A stretch of DNA of 62,863 nt. It comes from an uncultured Clostridium sp. Lineage in GTDB: Bacteria > Bacillota > Clostridia > TANB77 > CAG-508. The stretch lies in NCBI GenBank assembly GCA_948470025.1, contig CAOKNG010000004.1, positions 1-62,863 of the forward strand, given 5' to 3'. Every line of letters starts with the position of its first letter. The stretch's first letter is position 1. This document shows positions 10,801-19,800 of the stretch, piece after piece. The notes under the pieces were generated by a model. That model was not told where the DNA came from, searched no databases, and saw only the letters and a program-made list of their open reading frames with translations. Made by a program: the position numbers and the translations under genes.

Positions 10801-12391
10801 CATAAACCCATCCATAGGATTTGTTTACACTATCATTTGGTAAAAATTCTAACTCTGGTGGTAAGTGGTCTGTAATTTCGGTTGCATATCCATCTTGTTT
10901 TCCTTCATTATATACACGTATGGTATAGGTAATAAGGGAACCTTCATTTACTTCTAATGGTGCTTTTGTATGATTATATGTTGCTGTTGTTTTTCTTCCT
11001 GCTTTTAAGTCTGTTACATCAACTTGTGGTTCACGGCTTACGGTTGGTACTTTTCCATCTACTTCACTTATGAATTTTCTTAAAGATAAGTCGAATGGTA
11101 ATGGTGTTGGTATTTTAATACTATCTGTTGCAGTATAGGATTGTGGTCCTTTTTCTACTAATACAACTGGTTGCTCATCGGTATGTAATGTATTTGGTTT
11201 ACTTTTTGTATAATAATATGCTGATGTTCTTTGATAACTTATCTCTATATTAAATTGAATGGTTTTTCCTGCTTCACTTTCTGGTACTCTTACATAAAAA
11301 TCTTGGTTTAAAGGAATTTGATTATTGGCTACTGGATTTTTATTTGCATCTAATAAAGTGTAGTTTGCACCAGAAAATCCTAGTTTATTTGTGGTATAAG
11401 CAAGGTCTGAGTTTCGATTAATTCTGTAAGGTCCTACAATATAGTTTCCATTATTATCTGGTAGCGTTTGTACCCTTGTTTTATCAAAGCTTAATGGTGA
11501 TACTGCATCTTTTGATTCATATGCTCCTTGTTTGTTTGCTTCTGTTATTAAATATTGATATAATTTGTTACAATCTTCACTACGATATCTTCCATATTCA
11601 TATCCACTATTCCAGTCTGCACTATTTTCAAACCAATCTGAAAATACTTTATATTCTTGATCACGACCAGTCCAACCATTAAATAGTAAATTTGATAATG
11701 CTGAAGTATGATAATTTGAATCCTCTACATTAGTAAAATACCAAATCGCCATTTGTTGTATCACTTCAATATCATCATCTGTAATAAGTACACAATTATC
11801 TCCTTCTTGTATATTTCCAAGTTTAAAATCTGTATCAGTAACATATCTTATATTTTGTGTAGACGTAATTATTCCTGATTTTAACAATAAGTCTTCCTTT
11901 TCACTTTCATTACTTTGTTTTGGCAAATACATGTGATCTAATAGCCACATTACTTTATTGTAAGCAGTTGGGTCAGACTTAAATACATCGATTGCTTGCA
12001 AACGTGCTAATACATCTTGTTTTTGAGATTTCATATCGTATTTTAAATCATAGGTTCTTTGTTCTGTTGAGGTATTTGCATTGCCATCTTGTAATGCAAA
12101 CCCATATTCTGCTTTTAAACAATAAAAAGCATTTGCATATGAAATTGTATAATCTCCTTCTCTTGGATAGGATACAATCTTCCATATTTTTTTATTTGGC
12201 ATTCCAGTGGTTTTTAGTCCCCCAAACCCATATGCTGCTCCTTTTTTTCCATTTTGTGCCTCTCTTACATTGGTTAAGCCCAATACGTAGTTATCTTTTT
12301 CTGCATATGTATTTTTTGTATTTATGGTTAAGGTTGCTATTAAAACAATTATCATCACCATAAGTATTCCGATTCTTTTTTTCAGTTTCAT
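7886..12391 (-). CDS. Surface adhesin: signal peptide, thioester (TQxA-type) domain, five tandem ~200-aa DUF11-like repeats, C-terminal sorting-signal-like anchor
   Basis: 1501 aa. FYCLKAEYGF plus QQMAIWYF (Cys/Gln thioester signature). Repeats begin FDL(S/A)LRKFI...VTYTIRVYNEG. C-terminus is IKTGE + TM helix + KKFVL. Confidence 0.75.
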   Translation of the reverse strand: MKLKKRIGILMVMIIVLIATLTINTKNTYAEKDNYVLGLTNVREAQNGKKGAAYGFGGLKTTGMPNKKIWKIVSYPREGDYTISYANAFYCLKAEYGFALQDGNANTSTEQRTYDLKYDMKSQKQDVLARLQAIDVFKSDPTAYNKVMWLLDHMYLPKQSNESEKEDLLLKSGIITSTQNIRYVTDTDFKLGNIQEGDNCVLITDDDIEVIQQMAIWYFTNVEDSNYHTSALSNLLFNGWTGRDQEYKVFSDWFENSADWNSGYEYGRYRSEDCNKLYQYLITEANKQGAYESKDAVSPLSFDKTRVQTLPDNNGNYIVGPYRINRNSDLAYTTNKLGFSGANYTLLDANKNPVANNQIPLNQDFYVRVPESEAGKTIQFNIEISYQRTSAYYYTKSKPNTLHTDEQPVVLVEKGPQSYTATDSIKIPTPLPFDLSLRKFISEVDGKVPTVSREPQVDVTDLKAGRKTTATYNHTKAPLEVNEGSLITYTIRVYNEGKQDGYATEITDHLPPELEFLPNDSVNKSYGWVYDSSDPSNRTIKTNYLSKANGENNLILAYDGGDTLNYKDIKVRCKLKETTQEGKRIVNIADITEFTDKNGNPITDRDSQKNNVQLPTDSTLPGYKQTEINRKDPYIPGQQDDDDFDSVYIKVKPFDLSLRKFISAVNGEAPKTSREPVVDITGLKAGTSTTAIYNHPKAPLSVEVGDIVTYTIRVYNEGQKDGYVNEITDHLPAQLEFLPDDEENIANGWYYDESDTSLRTIKTSHLSRDVDSDNIIKAFNGNTLDYKEVKVKCKVIAPPTFEKRIVNIADITKFSDKYGNPVTDRDSQGGNVVLPPDDTLPNYKLDEINRGDEYIPGQQDDDDFDNVRIIYFDLSLRKFITAVNGKVPDVSREPIVDISGLQAGTTTTATYNHPKAPLTVRVGDIVTYTIRVYNEGPKDGYASEITDHLPAQLEFLPEDEENIAKGWVYDESDETHRTIKTDYLSKERSENNLIKAFDGTTLSYKEISVNCKVVTNDPKYSDRVVNIAEITKFTDADGHEVKDVDSSEDNVKLPEDENLPNYKQEEIDKGDKYIPGQEDDDDFDSVVIEYFDLALRKFITKVNTVDYNNRYPNLSMGEDGNIKYDHTKEPVLVANGNIVTYTIRIYNEGTMAGYASEVTDDLPEGLVFLPENETNIEYRWKMIDKDGNETDKVEEAEKITTDYLSKEQEKEAGANLLKGFNKKAELSDTNPDHRDVKIAFKVTEPNTSDRILINTAEISEDTDEEGDPVDDVDSTPGNEDPDEDDIDIEKVRVKYFDLALKKWVSQAIVKEAGKDEVITETGHTGDENPEPVVKVDLQAKKINQVTVKFRYKIKVTNEGEIEGYVKEIKDYIPDGLRFNADDNPKWTQLSEKEVVTDQCKDILLKPGESTTVEIVLTWENSGDNLGLKVNWAEISKDYNEYEDTPDIDSTPNNKKPGEDDIDQAPVLLAIKTGEASIYFTLTGIILVTLAGGIVLIKKFVL

Positions 12392-12705
12392 AATCTTTCC
12401 CTTCCTTTAAACATAATTACTCTATAATATATTTTACTTTTCTATTTTTCTTTCGTCAATAGTAGGTTTTTCCAATTTTTTGCACTTTGTTTTTCACATA
12501 AAAAAATTGCTTTACGGAAGCTACTTTTTTCAAAAGCCTCTTTGAAACCTAATTTAGTGTTACAATTATATAACATTTTTGTAACATTTGCAACGAATTA
12601 TGTAGAATTTATTAAATTTTCTTGCTTGCGTAAGATTTTAACATTTTTGTCATACTTTTTTCTCTACTTGCATATTATTTAATACATGAATTTTTTTACG
12701 AGACC

Positions 12706-12734
12706 TTGACTTATGAATGAATTTTTGCTATGAT
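12706..12734 (+). promoter_or_regulatory. sigma-A-type promoter upstream of the tRNA-Gly/tRNA-Cys pair
   Basis: TTGACT, 17 nt spacer, TATGAT. Confidence 0.5.
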
Positions 12735-12822
12735 AGTAATTAGTTTCTACATAGGAAATCATATAAGCAATAAAACATCGCCTAAACAAGGCGAAGTTCA
12801 TAAGTTTGTTATTTTCTTTTAT

Positions 12823-12896
12823 GCAGGTATAGTTTAGTGGTAAAACGAGACCTTGCCAAGGTTTAGTCACGAGTCCGATTCTCGTTACCTGCTCCA
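12823..12896 (+). tRNA. tRNA-Gly (anticodon GCC), CCA encoded
   Basis: Hand-folded cloverleaf: acceptor GCAGGTA/TACCTGC, anticodon loop TTGCCAA. T-loop reads TCCGATT (C at position 55). Confidence 0.85.
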
Positions 12897-12909
12897 AAAA
12901 ATTTTATAT

Positions 12910-12983
12910 GGCGAGTTAGCCAAGCGGTAAGGCACGAGTCTGCAAAACTCTGATGGTGGGTCCGACTCCCACACTCGCCTCCA
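12910..12983 (+). tRNA. tRNA-Cys (anticodon GCA), CCA encoded
   Basis: Acceptor GGCGAGT/ACTCGCC, anticodon loop CTGCAAA. T-loop reads TCCGACT (C at position 55). Confidence 0.85.
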
Positions 12984-13052
12984 ATAGATTAGCATTTTAA
13001 GCCACTTGCACAGAATATCACAAAATATCATATACTGGCACAAAATGCAGAA

Positions 13053-13080
13053 ATACTCTCTTTGTAAGGGAGTATTTTTT
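13053..13080 (+). terminator. Rho-independent terminator after the tRNA pair
   Basis: tactctc/gagagta-type stem followed by a T-run. Confidence 0.5.
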
Positions 13081-13434
13081 GTTTTATAGAATAGATACCT
13101 ATCATGGATTATCACAATTTAGTATAAAATTTGCTGTACATTGTTGTAAGCAAATTTTTATATTATAGATTAAAAATTAGTAAATAATAAGTTCTAATAT
13201 ACCAATCTATTATTTATCTGCTTATTGCTCTTTATTTAAATTTTTTGATAACACACTTCGCAAGTTAAATTTATCACTTTACTTAAATACAAAAATATGC
13301 AAAATTTTGTTTTGTTCGCTTGTATTATTATCAAATATGTAGTATAGTAATTAAAGATAGAAATGAGATAGCAGATATGTTGTGGCTACCACTTTCAATA
13401 CTCGATACATTCGAGAGCAAGGAGGTGGTTGTTT

Positions 13435-13539
13435 ATGGTAGATTTTTTACTATTCCTAATATTAGGATTTATGATTTCAATAACTATAAACGTAGCCTTA
13501 TTGTGTATTATATACATAATGTGGACTAATAAACAATAA
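13435..13539 (+). CDS. 34-aa hydrophobic peptide (MVDFLLFLILGFMISITINVALLCIIYIMWTNKQ), type I toxin-like
   Basis: Strong RBS AAGGAGGTGG 6 nt upstream. Single TM helix with a polar tail. A 12-bp-stem hairpin follows at 13540-13582. Flanked by inverted repeats 13357-13391 and 13593-13626. Confidence 0.45.
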   Translation: MVDFLLFLILGFMISITINVALLCIIYIMWTNKQ

Positions 13540-13760
13540 AAACAACACATTCTGCTTTAGTCGGTAGGAATGTGTTGTTACTAAAATATATATGGTAGCC
13601 ACATTTCTGTGACTCTCATTTTCTATCTATATTATACACAGATTTTTAGGGAAAGTCAAATAGATTTTTGAAATCATTTGTAAATGAATATTGTATAATT
13701 AAATGCACGTTTTTTTTAATTTTTCTTGACAAGTTACATAATTCATGTTATGATTGTAAT

Positions 13761-14201
13761 GTTGTTATGAATTAGCACATTTGCAAGCGCTTTTTTACGG
13801 CTTGCAGAAAGGACTACTATGAAAAAAGTAGTATCTCGGAGTATTCATGTAATCCTCCAAAGAGGACCACGTGGTCCGGATAGATTGTTTTAATTTTTGT
13901 AACCCGTTACTTTTGATTTTTGAAAGGAGACTAATCCAAATGAAAGCAAGAGGCGAGCCCGTATGGGCTAATACTAATACAAAAACAAACAATCTTATGG
14001 TAGCTGCTACTGGCGAGAGCACGAGAGCCGCTTTGCAGTGGGGCAGAGAAGACTTCAGGGGGCGTTCCCTGATCCAGGTAAACTTACAGGCATAACGGGG
14101 TCCGGCTTTGACACGTATGGTGTAAGAGAGGTTGGTAGCACCTCTAAATCCTAATAAAAAAGCTACGAGGAGACCTATTTAAGAGGTCTCCTCATTTTTT
14201 T
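13761..14201 (+). ncRNA. Candidate structured RNA of unknown class (about 440 nt) with its own promoter and terminator
   Basis: Promoter TTGACA-17-TATGAT at 13726-13754. Locally GC-rich with many short hairpins (ggaccacgtggtcc, gtaacccgttac, agcccgtatgggct). Ends at hairpin 14167-14193 plus T-run. No + strand gene follows. Confidence 0.4.
14167..14201. terminator. Bidirectional rho-independent terminator (shared by the + strand RNA and the minus-strand fadD-like gene)
   Basis: gaggagacc / ggtctcctc stem, with an A-run upstream and a T-run downstream. Confidence 0.7.
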
Positions 14202-14204
14202 ATT

Positions 14205-16049
14205 TTATTTTTTGTCCTTTTGCAATTCCACAAAACGTTTTATTTTCATGGTTGTGGTTTTTTCAAATTCGTCTTTTTTGATTTCTAAATTTTTGATTGC
14301 TTTGTAAGAAGTTAATTTTTTATTTACTTTTTTAATTTCTTCCCAAATAATTTTGTGAATCTCTTCTTCACTTAAATCTTTTGCATGTTTTTCTTCTATT
14401 TTTTCATAGTCTGGTATGACTTTTACAGAAATTAAAAGTTCCTTTGAGCCTTCTTCTTCCTTTCCATATACCATGCATTCCTTAATTTCTTCTATTTTTC
14501 CAAGTAATAACTCAATTTCTTCTGGATAAATGTTTTTACCATTTTGTGTAACAATTACATTTTTACTTCTACCAGTAATAAATAAATATCCGTCTTCATC
14601 TAAATATCCAACATCTCCTGAATTAAACCATCTTTCTCCATCAATTTCGTGAACTACTTCATTGGTAGCTGCTTCATCTTCATAATAGCCAAGCATTAAA
14701 GTATCACTTTTAATGAATACTTCACCTTCTCCTACTTCATTTGGATGGTTAATTTTTAATTTCGCACAAGTAACAGCTTTTCCAGCAGAACCAACTCTTG
14801 GGTCAAATTCTGGTGTTAAGGCTGCAATTGGTGCTGTTTCTGTTAGTCCATAACCTTGTAAGAAACTAATTCCAATATCTTGTACCCATTTTCCAACTTT
14901 TGGATCAATTGGTGCTGCGGCAGATACAATAATTCGAATATTTCCACCTAGGTTTTCATAGATTTCTTTAAATACTTTTCTTTTTATATCTAGATTAACA
15001 CCTTTTAGGGCATTGGTTAAATGAATCATAGATTTTACTAATTTGTCTTTTTTGCTTTTTACAATATTGGCATTAATTTTTTTGTATAAGTTTTCCACTA
15101 ATAGTGGAACAGTTAGCATAATGCTTGGTTTCGTTTCTTGTAAGTTTGGTACAATATATTTTAGTCCTTCACAAATGGCAATCGATGCTCCTACCGACAT
15201 CGGTAGTAAAAAGCCAATGCTTGATTCATAAGTATGGTGTAGTGGTAATACAGAGAAAAATCGATCTTGTTCATTAATATACACATAGGCTCCTACAACA
15301 TTTACATTTTGGCTTAAGTTTTTATTATTAATCATAACACCTTTGGCTTTGGATGTTGTTCCTGATGTGAAAATTAGTACTTTGAATTCTTCTGGATCAA
15401 TTGTTATATCCATAAGAGTAGAATCACCAGATTCCACAATTCGATTTCCTTGTTCAATTACGTAATTGGCTCCTACATCTCTACCATCAATTCCACTATT
15501 TTCATTCATTTCAATAAAATATTCTACTTCTGGTAAGTTGTCCTTTATTTTTTTGATGATTTCTTTTTTCTTTGTAGAATAAATAATAGCACTTGCTTTG
15601 GAACGTTTTACTACATTTTCAATTTCATTGGCAGGTAGTTCTTTATCTACTGGGACTGCAATTCCTACACCACATAACATGGCAATATAGGATACATACC
15701 AATGGTAAGTATTTTCTCCAATAATCACTACTCGTTTATCTTTTTGGTTTAGTATTTTAATGAGTCCTGTTCCTAAACCAATAACATCTTTTCGAAATTG
15801 TCCATAGGAAATTTCGGTAAATGGCTCTTTATGGTCAAATTTTTCTAAGATAAATGGTCTATCTTGAAATTTAGTTGTTACTTCATCAAAAATTTCTTTG
15901 ATCGTTTGATAGTCTTTTGCTTCATATTTTATCTTTTTTTTGGAAACTGGCTTCTGTTCTATTGTTTCTTCATCAATTTCAGATATGCCTTCCATCTTTA
16001 ATTTTGGAAATTTAAAATTGGGCACTTTGAAATCTTTTAATATTCTCAA
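14205..16049 (-). CDS. AMP-dependent synthetase / long-chain-fatty-acid--CoA ligase
   Basis: 614 aa. AMP-binding signature FTSGTTSKAKGV, then GYGLTE, then C-terminal ...MKIKR. Confidence 0.85.
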   Translation of the reverse strand: MRILKDFKVPNFKFPKLKMEGISEIDEETIEQKPVSKKKIKYEAKDYQTIKEIFDEVTTKFQDRPFILEKFDHKEPFTEISYGQFRKDVIGLGTGLIKILNQKDKRVVIIGENTYHWYVSYIAMLCGVGIAVPVDKELPANEIENVVKRSKASAIIYSTKKKEIIKKIKDNLPEVEYFIEMNENSGIDGRDVGANYVIEQGNRIVESGDSTLMDITIDPEEFKVLIFTSGTTSKAKGVMINNKNLSQNVNVVGAYVYINEQDRFFSVLPLHHTYESSIGFLLPMSVGASIAICEGLKYIVPNLQETKPSIMLTVPLLVENLYKKINANIVKSKKDKLVKSMIHLTNALKGVNLDIKRKVFKEIYENLGGNIRIIVSAAAPIDPKVGKWVQDIGISFLQGYGLTETAPIAALTPEFDPRVGSAGKAVTCAKLKINHPNEVGEGEVFIKSDTLMLGYYEDEAATNEVVHEIDGERWFNSGDVGYLDEDGYLFITGRSKNVIVTQNGKNIYPEEIELLLGKIEEIKECMVYGKEEEGSKELLISVKVIPDYEKIEEKHAKDLSEEEIHKIIWEEIKKVNKKLTSYKAIKNLEIKKDEFEKTTTMKIKRFVELQKDKK

Positions 16050-16201
16050 ATTAAATCACTCCTATCTTTTACGTTCCTATTATTGCACATTATTTTCTTT
16101 TTGTAAATGGGTTTGGAGTTTTATTGAATATTTACCATATTCAAAATAGCAACATAATTCTATGTTGCTATTTTGAATTTCTATTTTCCTCTATTTTCTC
16201 T

Positions 16202-16666
16202 TTATTGCTTTTCTATTTTCAAATCATATACATTAGTATAATCTATTGTAATTCCTACATCCAATTGCACACTTTCTCCTGCTTTCATTGGCGAGATTAA
16301 TCCATTTACCTCTCCTAATACTTGCTTTTTATTATCATATAATGTTAGTTTAATTGGTGTAAATTCTATATCGTTATCTGTTTTATTGGTTACAGTTGCT
16401 AGTATTTTTGATACTCCATTTTGGTTTGTTAATTGTATCTGTGTTATTTCCATTCCATCTACTTTTTTGGTTCCTTTTAGATTGTTGCTTTTGTTTGATT
16501 CATTTCCATCTTCTAATATTCCTACATATTGTTCGTTTTCTGGTATTTCCTCTCCTTTTGTTACTTCTTTCTTCTTTGATATGTTTTTAATGAACAGTAT
16601 TCCTGCTATAAGAATCATTCCTATTATGACGATAATCACTATTATCTTCTTTCCTTTATCTTTCAT
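16202..16666 (-). CDS. Membrane-anchored hypothetical protein
   Basis: ATG 16666 preceded by GAAGGAGG. N-terminal TM helix. The upstream ATG at 16705 lacks an RBS. Confidence 0.5.
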   Translation of the reverse strand: MKDKGKKIIVIIVIIGMILIAGILFIKNISKKKEVTKGEEIPENEQYVGILEDGNESNKSNNLKGTKKVDGMEITQIQLTNQNGVSKILATVTNKTDNDIEFTPIKLTLYDNKKQVLGEVNGLISPMKAGESVQLDVGITIDYTNVYDLKIEKQ

Positions 16667-16794
16667 GTTTTTCCTCCTTCTTCTATTTTTCCTTATTTTA
16701 AGCAATTTATTTTATGATATAATTTTATCTTTACTAATCTTGCTTGTCAAGGTATTTTTTGTTATTTTTATAACATCAAAAGTTAATACAAGTA

Positions 16795-16822
16795 TAAGGG
16801 TTGCATAGTATGCAACCCTTAC
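16795..16822. repeat. GC-rich REP-like hairpin TAAGGGTTGCAT-AGT-ATGCAACCCTTAC
   Basis: Perfect 12-bp stem; same architecture as copies at 23660 and 58716. Confidence 0.6.
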
Positions 16823-16832
16823 AGTTTTATAG

Positions 16833-19800
16833 CTATTTCCTCCATTTAATGGTTTTATCTTTAATGTGAAAGGCTTTTATTTTTGTTTTTCGACTTAAGT
16901 AGATTTCTGCTAGGATTAGAATTCCTAATAATATCCAACACATGTAAACTAAATTCATTTCTCCTGTAGATACTCCTATGATTACTTCTTCGCTTGTTGC
17001 TTTGTTGTTCTCTAGGTTCGTTTCTTTAAATCCTATATCACTTGTTGTTTCTTTTAGTTCTACTTGAATCCTCTTGGTTCCAAAGTTTTCTAGTCCATTT
17101 TTCCAGTTTAGTATTAATTCAATTTCTGCATAGTCTCCTGTTTTTAAGTCTCTTCCTTTTAGTCCTTCGGTTACTACTTTTCCGTTTTCTTCTTTCCAGT
17201 ATGTTTTATTATTGCTTGCTACAAAACTCATTCCTGCTGGTATGCTTATTTCGATTCTTCCTACTTGTCCTGTGATTTTCTTTTCATTGCTTACTTTTAT
17301 TTTGTATACAATTTCTATTTGTTCGGTTCCTATTTTTTTGTCTTTGATGTCTACTTTTTTGGTTGTACTATCTTCTTTTTTGTTTTCGTATTCTGTCTGA
17401 CCATTTCTTCTAATTGCTTGTACTTGTGTTTCTACTTGTAAATCAAATTCTTCTTTTTCGATTTTGATTCCTTCTGTTCCTTGCATTCCTTGTTTGTCTT
17501 TGATGCTTATGGTTGTATTAATTGGTTTGTAGCCATATGGTACTTTTGTGCTTTCGATGGTGTAATCTCCTACTGGTAGTCTGTTTAAGATGTTGTTTGT
17601 TTCTTCTTCGTTTTCTCCTATGGTTATTTTTCCTACTTCGTTTCCTTTGTCGTCTTTGATGATGATTTCAATTCCTTTTATTTCTTCTCCTGTGTCTTCA
17701 TCTTTTGGTTTGATTTGTATTCTGGTATAGTCTTGTAGCATTTCTACTACTTGTACTTCTTTTACTTCTTTTACTTCAAAGGCTACTTTTTCGGTTCGTA
17801 CATATCCTTGTAGGGTTGGTGCTGATACTTCATTTAGGTAGTATTCTCCAATTGGTAGTTTATCAATTCTATGTGGTTTTCCATCTGTTACCCATCTTTC
17901 GGTTACTTCTTTTCCATCTTTGTTGGTAATAACTAAAGTTCCTCCAATGACCGGTTCTTTGGTGTCGATATCTAGTAGGCTTACTTCTACTTTCGTATAA
18001 TCTTGTTTGTGTTGTAAAGTTGTTCCTTCTATGTCATCTGTAATGGTAATATCGTTGTCGTCTCCTCTAATGTATCCTTTGTCATAGTCTACATCTTTTA
18101 CACGAATGATGTAGTCTCCCTGTGGTAGTTTTTCAATGATTTCATCTCCATCTCCCATTATGACCTCTTTTACGACTTCTCCTGTTTCTTTATTAACAAC
18201 TTCAATTTCCGTTCCTGGTGCGTATCCGTCTTCTCCTCCTTTTATAATGAGTATGGTAACTGGTTGCTTAATGGTTACTTTTTGTATTTCTTCTTTTGCT
18301 TCTAGTGTTACTTCTACATCTTTATTGGTTACATATCCTTGTTTTCCTAGATTTTCTTGTCCCTTTGGTTGTCTTATGATGTAGTTTCCTACTGGTATTC
18401 TTTCAATGTAGAAGTTTGTTTTTCCAGTTGTGAAGCTTTGGATTAATTCTTCACTTCCATCTTCTTTTTTTCTGTATAGTTCCATTTCAATGTCTTCTAT
18501 TTTTTCTTTTGTGTCTTTGTCAATTAATTCCACTTCTAATTTCGTTGTATCGTCTTTGTAGTTTTCTTCATAATATGTTACTGGTGTTGTTTGTGGTGTT
18601 GTTTCTTCTTGGTTGTTTGTTCCATATATGATGTTTACTTCTCTTTCTTCTTGGTTTACACTAAATCCATTTCCTTTTTCTACTTGTTTTATACTATATT
18701 TTCCTTGTGGTAGGTTTTCTGCATAGGCTACTCCTTCTTCATTTGTAGTAACCATGGTTACTAGTTCTCCTTCATTATATAGCTTGCTTTGTCCATCTTT
18801 ACTTTGTATCTCTTCTTTTGCTTTCACATGATATGTCGCTCCTTCTACTCCTTTGGTTTCATATTCTACTTTGCTTTCTCCTTTGTCGTTATTACTAATT
18901 CCTGTAAAGTAGTCTCCTACATTGGTAATTTTGATACTTCCTACTTGTGCCTGACTTTCTTGGCTTACTACAATGATATTGTTTTCTCTTTCATTATCCA
19001 CATAGTAGATTTGATTTGTGGCAATTTGGAACTTTACATTTCCCATTGGTGTTTTAATCGTTTCTCCATTTTCACTGTATCCTTCATATCCTCTTAATAC
19101 ATATCCTTCTGATGCTTCTAGTTGAATTATTTCATAATTTCCTAGTTCTAAATTCATTGGTGTTTTGATATATCCCTCTTTGTTCGTTTCAAATGGTTTT
19201 TCATAGGTTCCATATTCTACATTTCCTTCTAACAGGTTCCATCCTTTATAGGTTACTAGTTTTCCTGTTGCTTGGTTTTTTATTACAAATTTTGCATTTC
19301 CTTTTCGAATAATTTCTCCGGTTTTGCTGTCTTTGGTATAAATTTTAATTTTTGCTTTGAAGTTTGGGTCTGTTATATATTTTAAGCTTTGTAATTCTCT
19401 TGAGTCTATGTTTACTTTTATTGTGATTGGTGTTACCGCTTCTTTGTTATGTGGTACGCTGGTTTCTATTACAATATATTCTCCATAGGCTAATTCTGGA
19501 CTTTTTAAGTATCCCCCTGCGTTACTAATGATTTCTTCTATCTCTTCTCCTTCTGCTTTGTTTCCATAATTTTTTACCTTTTCTTCTTTACTTAAATTAT
19601 ATGGATGATACGCATTCTCACTTTGTGGTAGTTGTTTCATATTTTCTTCTTTGTAGTTTATTTTATAGTAATAGTCTACTAATACTCCTATGTTATAACT
19701 TCCATCGATGTTTGCCTTATTTGTTAGTCCTTCCTCTTGTTTTGCAACTTCGTCGTTTAGGGTATAGGTTCCATCTTCGTTTTTTGTAATTTTTCCTGTC

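Noticed and set aside
8000-11095. Long tandem nucleotide repeats as a possible CRISPR array or satellite
   Set aside because: The repeats are about 600 nt, in frame, and encode the repeated adhesin modules. There is no short repeat/spacer periodicity. I saw no CRISPR array anywhere in the window.
12679-13115. Minus-strand ORFs 12679-12897 and 12885-13115
   Set aside because: They overlap the two tRNA genes and their promoter and terminator, so they are spurious.
13320-13529. 69-aa ORF from the track as the coding feature of this locus
   Set aside because: It has no RBS and an implausible composition. The 34-codon ORF in another frame has a near-perfect RBS and a clean TM-helix product.
13761-14201. 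Identifying the GC-rich transcript as tmRNA, RNase P RNA, SRP RNA or a T-box leader
   Set aside because: There is no GGGG...UUCGAC 5' end or tRNA-like CCA 3' end, and no ...ALAA tag ORF. There is no GAGGAAAGUCC P4 motif and no GGAAGCAGC SRP helix-8 motif. The GGTTGGTAGCACC segment resembles a T-box only loosely, cannot form a nested antiterminator with the terminator, and has no downstream gene.
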